DNA of 62,383 nt, the filler included, from Choristocarpus tenellus KU-1152 (Eukaryota > Protista > Phaeophyceae): NCBI GenBank assembly GCA_964200185.2. It is 8 parts of 8 records of this genome, joined end to end, with 100 filler letters (N's around TTAATTAATTAA, not from the genome) between each part and the next. Parts side by side here need not be neighbours in the genome. Positions count along the whole stretch, not along the records: positions 1 to 19,150 come from CAXNAD020000489.1; 7 more parts are not named here. One strand, given 5' to 3'. Positions 1-11,200 of the stretch are shown here, piece after piece (within the stretch, counting starts at the first letter, position 1; each line of letters starts with the position of its first letter). A model generated the notes under the pieces. That model was not told the DNA's origin, did not search any database, and was given only the letters and a program-made list of their open reading frames with translations. A program made the translations under genes and the position numbers.

Positions 1-93
1 ATCCAACGTAAGGAACCAAATCACCCAAAAATCGAGACATGAAAAATTGACCCCAAATGGACTGCCGCCACCCCCTCCCAGATACTTTGACCC
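1..93 (+). mobile_element. MITE family A, right half (inserted into a family B copy)
   Basis: CCAAATCACCCAAAAATCG..GACCCCAAATGGAC..CCCCCTCCCAGATACTTTG matches the copies at 11280, 15674, 19289 and 33430. Confidence 0.8.
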
Positions 94-133
94 CAAACCG
101 GGCAAAACTCGTTCCCTCTAGGATACTTTCACT
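94..133 (+). mobile_element. MITE family B, right terminus
   Basis: AAACCGGGCAAAACTCGTTCCCTCTAGGATACTTTCACTC matches the right end of the copies at 1129-1385, 11660-11917 and 51041-51299. Confidence 0.75.
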
Positions 134-1128
134 CGTTACAGTCAATGTGGGCGTGGAGAAGACTACTGCCCAAAGAGAATCTGTGCAAGACGTAGTCGTG
201 GTCAGAATGCTGATACGTCCTGGGACTGGTAGATCAACTTGACCATGAGTCAACAAATAATTTCTGATGTGATCGTGGGTGGTGGCCCTCAGGAGGAGAT
301 ATAAATTGCATCTTCCTAAGGTTCTACGAACAGCAGTGATTTAGGCAAATATGGAGTTGCTTTAGATTTCAGTCAAATGCTATCATATGAAGGGTTTCGA
401 GGGAGAAATGTTTGTAACCATGAAGCCTCCTGCCATATGACGTCGTAGGGATTAATGGGTTCCACCTAGACCTCCATGAACAGGAGTGCTCCAAGCAAGT
501 GTGGGGTTGGTGATTGTATAAAGTCAAGTATTATCGCATGAATGGTTTCAAGGGAGAAGGAAGGTTTGTGAGATGATGGAGCATCCTACTACTTGAGCGA
601 GAGGTGTCATATGGCAGGATGCTCCACTCTCACAAACCCATATCTCTCCCTCCAATTAATTTGCACCCCGTTGACACTGGACTTACTTTTCTGAAATCTG
701 GTTGCGATGATCCAATTCCATTTTTTACAGGAACCACAACGAATTGTACTCCCGTACTGATCTATTATTTGAAGCTTCGCTCTCTTTTCCACCAGCTAAG
801 CTGTATTGAATTCCCTAAACAGGAATATCTCGATCTTGTGCTGTCCTACAAACATTCACTGTCATCATCACCATTCGCAATTTTACTTCTAGCTAAAACT
901 CTCTGCTAGATATGCTGTGTATAATTAATATAATACCAAAGCGGTCACACTATCAGACACAACACAGAACCGGTCAATAAACAAGGAGGAGAGGTCGAAG
1001 ATGGAAGTCGAATCATCAGTGTGGTGCTTTTGAATAGGATATGATGCCGAGCTCTACGTAGATTCTAAAGGAGCACACCTCCACGTAGTAGATTTATTGT
1101 GAAGTGTTGGATTGCTTAATTGATTGGG

Positions 1129-1385
1129 GAGTCAAATATCTTAGAGGGTAGAGCCTCGTCCGTTTGGGGTCCAAAATCCAATGTTGTGATTTTGATATAA
1201 TTTTGGCTATCATGTTTGTTAGGAAGTGTCAATATCCTTGTTCCGAACACACCTTTTCATAAGGTATACATTTTACCTACTCTTAAACATTTTGGAGTAG
1301 GAAAAAGCCATCAAAAACCCGTGGGAAGTCAATCCCCAAATGGACAAACAGGGTAAAACTCGTACCCTCTAAGATATTTCCACTC
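1129..1385 (+). mobile_element. MITE family B (~257 bp, Sola2-like ends)
   Basis: TIR GAGTCAAA(G)TATCTTAGAGGGTA...TACCCTCTAAGATATTTCCACTC; 4-bp TSD TGGG (1125-1128/1386-1389); internal hairpin CCTACTC..GAGTAGG. Confidence 0.85.
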
Positions 1386-2250
1386 TGGGTTTACAGGGTT
1401 GGATATTTGGGAAATCAGATTGAAGTCGTTATTGATTGATGTGATCAAATGAAGGCGTTACTTTGCATTGCCGAAGTTGTTGGATGATCCTCATCCTCAC
1501 ATGTGTTGTTGCTTCACAATATTCATGAACACCTGTGTCTTGACTGTTTATTTTCTGGTCTGGAAACAACGTAAGGAAGAGAAGTGAGCCTTTTCCGCAA
1601 AGAAGGGGCTCCCTTGCCAGTTATCACTCATTCACGTCAATCCCATTGATCACTGATCGCTACTCGATCACCAATTACTTTCTGCAATATTTCCTAGTCG
1701 TCCTGAGTCCATATGCTGACAAAACCTTTCGCATAACAACTTCACTAGCCCATGTTTCTCTCCTATGCTCCAGAAACGAGTCTTACCCGTCTCTCTTGAA
1801 CAACATTAACTCTTCTTCTGATGTTGTTTCACACCAATGTTAAAACACATTATTCTTTTTGTAGGTGGTGGGGTATAGGCTGTGGGTAGGGGGAATAAGA
1901 TGGGGACCCGCAGGCTAAACAAGGAGGCCAAGTTTACAATCACATGGAGGAAGTGCGCCATGAAGGATGGGATAAGGTAGAAAACAGTCCCCTACAGAAC
2001 ACAACTAAAGTCCCTACTGCTTTACGAGGAGTACATTAAGCAGTGCCTCTACAAACGCAATGGACAAGGGGGAGGAGGAATAGTTCGGGCAATACAGGGT
2101 TAAGTTTCGGTGTGTGGTACAGGGGCGTGCATGCTGAGATGAGGAGGAAGGCATCAAAGCTATATCACAGATACAGCCCAGAAGCTTTTCTCAAGGACCA
2201 CATTTACTGCTAAGGCGTGTACAAGGACATTGATCTATACTCTTTCTTCA

Positions 2251-5200
2251 TCATGAGAACTTGAGGTCCTTGAAGCGTGCAACAATATCTCTTTCTTTCT
2301 GGATTTTCTTTCCAATGACTCCTATTTGCTGCTTCTTAATCTGTAAGTCGAGAGGGGTAGGTAGTTAGGGAATAGGATTGCAACAAGTCAGTCAGTTGGT
2401 AAAGAAACAAAAGAAAAAGCAATGTGGAGTCAATTCACTGTGTATATACCGCCCTCGCTTTCCTATCCCTGCCAAGGAACCATTGTTCCTACAATCTGTG
2501 CATAATGATCTGGCAGTTTATGTGCAGCCTAGCACGTTTGGGTACAAGAAAGAAAATCCAGTCCAACGTTCCATTCTTCCATGATATGCTCAAGGTACTC
2601 AAGCGGTTTTGAGGAATTGTAGTAACCATACAGGTTGAGTAAATGGTGGGATACATTGTCAATCCTTCATAACACAACCAGAAGGTTGTCCTCACCTTGA
2701 GAGCAGCATGGCGCAGATCTTTAGTGCTGAGCTCCTTAAGCTCCTTGTTCATGGCTGCAAGAGTTCTCTTGTCCTCGTCCATCCCCTGGTGATGAAAGAA
2801 GCACAACAGAGAGAAAGGTGATAAAGCTTATCACTGCTATCCTGAGTGAGTCTGTCAATAGAACACTGGAATCAAACTGAGCCTGACAACTACCTTGCAG
2901 GACATTATGAACAATCACCATGTTAAAATTTGGTGCAGATTCTCTGATGAAACTGAGGACTCTGTCTCTTCAATCTAATGAAAATCAATATGTCTTGGTA
3001 GTGGAATGCCCAGATCGCATCTTGATTTCGAACTTTGTAAAAGGATATAAGCCCAACAGATCCCAATGCCTATTCTCAACCTCATGTACAGAATACAACA
3101 TGCGGCTGAGTGGATTTATTGTTGTGTTCATTTCCCTGTATTTTGAGTACAATGATCAAAGTTGTGGAGACTTAGCAGAAATCAGGCATTTGAATGCATC
3201 ACCCTCTCCACATAGCTGTGAAATATCCAAATATGAACATCATGCCACAGAAGGCGTTGAGGTATGTTGTGGAGGCGTAATTACATGGTGTGCATTTTCC
3301 ATGTCAGGAGTATAATGTATCAGGAGTCACAGTCACTGACCGAGAAACTGTCCATCAGTAGGGGTGTATTGGCCTGTAACATGTGCTCTATCAACATGGT
3401 GATCGAGGTCTGTTACTGTGGGGAAATATTTAGTGGAATGGAATGGTACACTCCAGAACCATACCTGCAGAAAATAACTGTAACTGTATCTTTTTGGTCA
3501 AAGTTCATGAGTTAGACAGAAAGAGTGGTCAGAGAAAGCCTTCCTATTGCAGAACAACACAAAGGAAAATCGTGAGCAATTTCAACTAGAGTCAGCATTA
3601 CACTTCGTCCTATGTGCTGGAGTTACAAAGTGTGCTTCGGAATTTAGTGTTGGCCGAGAGAGAGGTTATTTCCGCAGAGAGCGACCATGGCAGCAAAGTG
3701 GAGGTGTCATCAGAAGGGGCGTCTCTATCATGAGATATTTTTTGTTGCACTACCTTTAAACAACATTCCTCTTCCCAGTCAAGGAAGAATGCCAGGACAT
3801 AAGGTACTACAATATAGAAAAATGCAAGGCTAACTGCAAGGTTACCACAGGTACATACGTTTATAACCTCCTGTAATCTCCTCACTCATTTCCACACCCC
3901 TGTTGATAAAAAAAAGTGCAGCGTACTTTGAGGACGTAGAAATCGTCACAACAAATACTTGAAAGATACTCTAGAGTATATGTTATTTGCGAAGAGCCCC
4001 AGTACATACTAGTTAGCAATCATGAACGACATGCACCTTTTGCACCATCTCCACAAGTTCAGGGTGCCCGTTAGCGGGGGGCATGTGGCATCGTCGCTTG
4101 CAGCCTGAAGAGCCCCAGCTGCCTGGTTCTTTGCTGTCACAGCATGTCCATTGCATTGTTCTATCGACATAGTCATGTATCCCAAAGCCCACATGAACAT
4201 CGGAAGGTGACACAGATATGGAAAAGGGGGGTCATCTGTCTGGATGGAGGTTAATAACAAGCAATATTGATGTGGGGTGTGGCAACTGCAAGGTTTTGAA
4301 GTAATTGGTGACAACAATGAATAATGAAAGTGTGCTCTCTAGGGGATACTACTTGTGAGGCCACGTTTGTTTTCGTAAAGGAGTCACAGTGTGGCACCTT
4401 CGAAGGAGGAAAGGAGATCAGGCTGCAGTTTAGGCAGAGAGTTGGTACTGCTATCTATGCTTTGGGCAGTCCATGATGTTGGCCATATCTTTCGCTTAAT
4501 ACACATGAAACTTGAAATTATGGGTGGGAGGAAGGCAATCCTGTGAATGATCCCCCCAAAAAGAAAATCAAGCGGAGAAATTCGCACGGCTCTTGGACAA
4601 AAATGGATACCTGCGCATTTGCACACCGCTCTTATATTTATTTGTGCTCCAGAATAAGTTCAAGGTACTTCTGTACTCAAGTATTACAGTGCTCCAGATT
4701 TTATGCACGACTTTGGAATAATACAGCATATTTGAAACATAATATCCAGGGCACTCTATTGCTGTAGTGAAAATGCATTGTATGCCTTGTACTACTATTC
4801 ATAAAAACAAAGAGCCAATGACTTCAACTCCCCTGTAACAAACAGCCGCTACTCTATTGTATGTACCTCTACTATACTATTGTAAACATATTAATCGCAT
4901 GAACACGTTAGTCTCCAATCCTTCCACTAACATGCTTGGAAGGGCTGCATTTCAATCTTTTTCTAGGTAGCAAATTTGAGCATAAGGAAGAAACCACATC
5001 AAATCGTGAAAGAATGGAAATAAATCTTCTCACACCAGACATGCCTTTAATGAGGCGGCAAGGGTAGCACTGCATTAAAGCAAATGTATGTGTATGCTTA
5101 TGCGTGCCTTCCCCTGTCATTTCAAAATGCGTGGTTTAGTATGGACACATGCATCAACATGAATTTACTCCATCAAGGCAACTGTATTGGCGCTTCAAGT

Positions 5201-8200
5201 GAAGCATGCAGCCTCTACTGCTTGGACTGCAAAATAGTTGCATCAACATTTGGAGTGGAGCATCCAATTTCCACTACTTGGATTGCAAGGTTAGCAGGAT
5301 GTTACTCATGATACACTTGTGTTCTACTTCGAAGTATTAATCGGTGCAAGGGGATTGTATTATTCAAAGCACCACCAAGGGGTACCGGGCTACATGTAAC
5401 CGTCTGTAATGTGAATGAAGGACAGGTAAATCCAGCCAAAACAAGAATAAGAAGCACCCTATAACTATGAAGAGAGACTGGCAAACCTGTGGCTCATGCA
5501 TTTTTCTGTAAGGCCTGGGCAGTTGCGAGGGCAGGACCTCGTGAACTCCCCTGGGTGATAGGGACAGATCAGGTCATGGTTCTGACTCTCTAGGTAGAAG
5601 CAATGGCAGTTGCGGCACACAATGGGCCGCTCCTGTTTTGGAAATGAAAAAAGATGTGTTGAAGTTTTGGTCAGGGCATGCACATCAAACACAGGGGTGG
5701 TAACTTCCACACGACTACAAATACTTGAAATATCCTGAGTGCAACAGATCTATTTCTTGATATGTGTGGTGGAGTAGTGCAAGTAGAGTCAGACAGGGGG
5801 GGAGGGTGTCGCAGGAAGTTTGATATGCCATTATTGAGTGAGTTGTGAGAGTCTATTTCAACACTGTATATCGAAAACCACACGATGATACTCCACAGAG
5901 ATTTTATTTGAAGTACGCATGCGCTAAGCATGGCATGCTGTGTTTTCAACGCCAACACAAGAGTAGTAGACAAGTCACCAGTAAGGATTAAACAGTCTGC
6001 ATTTCCTGTTCGAGCATCGTGTTGGTTTTTACTTGTGAAGATGCATGGTCTAGCTGAGCAACCAAGTGCCTCATGTCACCCTTTCTTCACACTTGTCGAA
6101 TTATGTGCACTACTGCCACGTCCGACCATTTTACACTAATATACATAACAACAGCTCTAAGGCACTCTGAGCTAACACACACACGCACACACAAACAAAC
6201 ATACATACTATGGGCCTTGAATGTCCATGTTTTTTGCATGAAAAGTATAAAAATATCACATTTGCCGTTGGTAATTTTGATCTTTGCAAGGATATATGCC
6301 AAGTGTATTGATGGGAAGGTTTACCTACCATTGATTGGCATATCAAAGACAAATGTTTGATATCTGAAAAATAAGTAGCAGACATTAAAACGTATCAAAC
6401 TCTACATTGCACCAAGGACCAGAACCAAATTTGGTCAGCAACTTAGAAGACATGAGTATACCCACACTACATTATCAAGCACCTAATGGCAAGGCTCTAA
6501 TGCCCATGCCTTTTTATTGTGCACTAACTCCCTACACTCTACTTCAGGCCCTGATCATATCAACTCTAAATCTGGTCTTCGCAGTGGACTGTAGTATTTT
6601 GGAGCTTATCAGGATGATAAAAATAACTCACCTTCTAAACAAGCGATTGTCAATAACGGAGCCTTCTTCCCTCTTAAACAGAACATTTGTCACTTGGTTT
6701 TGACTTCTCAATTCTACATTCCACTCGGACAAGTACAAAACATACACATTCCACCAAGTATTGCGGCACAAGTCTATCAACAACCGCACTGTCCACACTG
6801 CTATCTTAACTACCTGCACTGCAGGAGGTGCCTAATCCACTTGTGCCTGTTACACATTCAACACCGTGGAGAAACTCTTGGATACTTCTCAATGAACTTG
6901 CCTAGGTGGTAAGGTTCCTTGTTTTCAATTGTGCGTGGGAGGAGCGAGAGTACTCATTTCGAAAGCACTCTTCCCATGTGGTACTTCAATATCCCAAAGC
7001 AACTCCTACTCAAATCAGTGACAGGAAGCTGGCCTCATCCTGATTTGTCTTACATACTACAAGTTTTGGGCTCATTCTCTATCATTTTGTTAATAGTGGG
7101 TACATGTCATGGAAGGCAAAGAGTGGGGTTGAGCACCTTGAAGCGCTGAAGGAAGGTCTTGCGTACTTCTGGTATCTTCTTGCCATCATGCAGGGTGGTT
7201 GTGTTCTCAGTCCGCTGGTTGCAGTCATCCACCTCACTATTGATGCGATCCAAATCCAAATCCTGGAGACCAAAAGAGTTATCCGAGTCAAACTACAGGA
7301 TATTATCAGAGGAGTAGCCCCTGCACTCAAGAAGATATTGAACTCCCTGGCATCAGGAACAACAGTTGGCTTTCACCCCTCTCTGTTTGAGGCGTGTTCT
7401 CTGCTTCATGCCTGAATTTGCGTTTTTCCAATTCTTAAATGCTTATATAGAGCTTAAGTGATGTTGTGAGACTGAAGATAAGGCTGGGGCTACAGCAAAA
7501 CGTCTAGGTGGGGATTTTATGGATTGCAAAGGAGAAAGGGAACAGTGTAGTATTCTTGTGTGCGAAGGAGAGGGTCAGCCAGATCAGGGATCTGCATAAC
7601 CCACATCGCATGAGAAATATGGACCACATTCTGGTAGGCGACTATAAAATGTAGAACATCTTGTAAAGTCTTGTGACATAATATCAGACTCTTGATTGGT
7701 GCAACGCCAATCAGTGTACCTACCTGTTTGATGACACTGTAATTTAGCTGAAATGCCTCTTGCATACTTCTGAGCCACATATGGAGTTTAAGCCATCCTT
7801 GAAACCCCTGAGAAAGGGGGAGACAGTGTGAAGCGAGTTGTGAGCAAAAATAGTAATATTTTTTAGGCATATTGTCATGGTTCCACTTTCCTAAATGGTA
7901 CCCAGATCATATAGCCCGAAATATTTCAGCAACATTTGAGACCCCTTTAGAATGCAACAAATATCCAACACCAAAAGCATATATTGGTCATTTTCCACAC
8001 CAATCTGACATGTTCCTTGAGGAAATATAGAAACTTTGCCCAGAAAATCCTTCAAATGATGATGGTCGCCCTACATGCTGCACCTCCACAGTATTCGTGA
8101 AATTCAGAGAATGTGCACCTCATTAAATAATATATAATTTTTCATCTGATATGATCCAAAAAATGTATGAATAGGATGTCTAGGTATCAAGTCAAAGCAA

Positions 8201-11200
8201 TTTACTATCCCTGTTCCCAATGTTAGTTCCCGTCCCGAATACCCATACCTCTTTGAGGATTGCCAGCTGTGATTTGCCGAACATCCTCCTGCCCAGCTCA
8301 GAACGCCTAAGATATAAAAGCTCCCTTCGTTTCTGCTTTTTCCATAACTTGGCTACCAGGACCTGCTTAAGATGTATTTCCCTCTCCATTTTCACCAGAT
8401 TATCATGCACCTGCTTGGTAGGTAGGTATTACTTGACGTAACTTTGACATATTTATATATCAACCATAGACTTGAGGTTCGATACATGACTGTGCCTCAA
8501 TTGCACAACTACTTCATAGGCATCTTTTCCCGGTCAGTTCACATATGTTTGATACTTGATGTCCTCATTAAAAGACTTCCTGGATGCATCTTGCATACAT
8601 TAGACAGAGAGCTTCAAAATTCCAATGTGTGTCGTAAGAGCTGTGGGAACATAAACACGCCACTTGTCTACACTTTTAACTATACAATCTAGATGGCATT
8701 GGGGCATTCTGGTGGTTTCTCAACATTGATTCCTTCGCCATTCAGCATATCGAGAAACTGTGTGTCACTCAATCTTGTGCTGTGGTTCACTACTCTTGTG
8801 CGGCCTAACTTATTATTCATTTCTCATAATATGTTGGGGATATTGTTCAGCTGCACTAGGATGTAGACTGGCAAAGGAGAGAGCAGCAACCATCCGTGAG
8901 AGGTAGACCAAAAATAAGACTTCCTTTTTGGGGTTCCTCTAAAACCTTTCCCTAGAGTACTAAGTTGTGCAATCAAACACACATTCAAGCAAACAAAGCA
9001 GGTAAATGTATTTTAATTTATCTAGAACCATGATGCCGCGGCACAGGAGAGGATGTACACATTCTGAGTAGGCTGTACAAGGATATGTTTTTGCAAGAGT
9101 GTTTCATATTATGGATTGCACCTTACCCTCATCATGGCTCGTTCTGCCCCAATGAGTTCTGCCCTGATTACAATTGTGTCCACTAGATTCTTGAAGTATC
9201 GTGAGTAGAGTTGTGGGTGAATCCAGTCTGTCTCCCACCTTTAAGGAGTGGTTAGAGATGTTGAGATTAAGGAGATTATGACTAACAAGGTCGAACTGTC
9301 TATAGTTGTTACATGTTGTTTGGCACTGTGCGCACATAGGAACCAGCAATAGCAGGAGCAGTATAATGACATTTCCCACTAGCAGTCCTGTTATCAATTT
9401 CCTTTTGTCCTCTCCTTCACATTTTCCTTGGAAAAATCTTACAGGGTTAATTGAGCTACTAATCAATGTCAAGTACAAGCCCCCCTCACCTCTCCTACAA
9501 AAACATCTGATGCGTTGAACTATGACCTTGATACAATATGATTCCAATCAATATTTGAGCACAAAACAGTGGATTGCAATCAATCAAGGACTTGGACAAC
9601 GTCTAATCCAAAGTACCAACATGTTTAAGATTCTGCTTTCAACTGAAAGAGTGTGAGTTTGTTCCCCTACAACAAGGCACCCCTCAGTCCAAGCTGTAAT
9701 TGTGAATCTTCTCGGAAAATTCCAGTACAATTGAGACATCCCCTCATTTCCATTTGTCCCCACTCTCATCATGTGACCCTATTCACACTACACTAATGCC
9801 TTACCAGAGAACAGCTGTTCTTGATGCATTTATCGAGGCAAGGCATAAAGGGATGGCGCATGAGAATTTTTTATGAGAGACTTCATGATGCTCCCAAGTC
9901 CTAAAGTGCCTTCCCATCCCTGCACCCCTTTGCTATAGAGTACACTCACCTCTGACACTGGCCATTGAATGCTTTTCCATTGAAGAACTTTGTCTCTTTC
10001 TTTACATGTAGCATCCATTTTTTGAGCCTGTGTTCCTTGGCTATACATTCTGTCCTCCACTGTGCCGCTGCATCGTGGTTCTTCCTACATGCCTTAGCTA
10101 GATTATCTCTGAGCGGAATTGTTTTTACAATTTGTTGTTTGGGTTGGGGGGAGGGTGTGGGAAAGGGGTGGGAGATGACAGGTGGGAAGGTGGGACTTCG
10201 CTGAGTAGCCCCATGTTAGGATATACCCTTAGGGTTAGGGTGGTAGGGTTTCACTGCAATGGATTGGGGAATATAGAATGGGAAAGTCAAGTATCCAAGT
10301 GAGTGATTCAAGCTTCTTGCCTTCATTATTTTTTTGACTGAGGAACATGTTGCAGCGATGTGCTTTAAATGAATTTGGAAGTCCTCAAAAATGTGACAGA
10401 CACTGCTTGTAAGACTCGCACCGATGTAAATGGTGAAACTTACTTCTTGGTTGCATCTTCCCTTGCCTCCAATTCCTGCCTAGCTTTATCCTGGCAGTAC
10501 ATGTCAATCTTCCTGAAGTTTTCATTCTCCCGCCTACATCGCTTCTCTATCCACCTTGCCTCCTCTTCTGCTTCCATCCATGACAGCTCCGTGTTGGCGA
10601 GGGACAGTTGGGCCACCTTGTGCATGAAGTATAGATAGTGCGTATGTGTGTTGATGTGAAAGATAGGCGGTGTGGACCAAAGTATGTTTTTAGGACTTTG
10701 TGCTTGTATTTTCTTTGGGGAGAAGGTAGATACTATTTATGCTTGTGGAAGGATCGAGTGAAACTATCTTAGGGTTAGGGTACGAGTTTTTCCCTGTTTG
10801 TTCGTTTGGGGCTTGGATCTCACCAGTCCTTTATAACATTTTTCTACTCTGAAACGTCTCGGAGTAGGTAAAAAGGTATAATCTATGAAAAGGTGTGTCT
10901 GCAACAAGGATATTGACACTTCCTAACATACATGATAGCCAAAATTACATCAATATCGCAACATTGGATTTTAACCCCCAAACGGACGCGGCTCTACCCT
11001 ATAAGATCATTTGACTCGATCACATGGAGGAAGGTTACTGTTGGTGATAGTGGTATGTCTGTGGGGCAATATTGAAGTAGATAGAATGAGAGGAGATTGT
11101 AGCAAGAGATGAAGTACAGATGAACAAAACCACAAAGAGAGAGGTATAGGTAACATGTTCATGTTGATAATAGTCAATGCCACAAGAGAATGAATCCAAT

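Noticed and set aside
3610-3753. Alternative terminal exon for the large minus-strand gene (VVQQKISHD..)
   Set aside because: The 2785-2696 and 2340-2251 exons give a better-supported continuation; no independent support.
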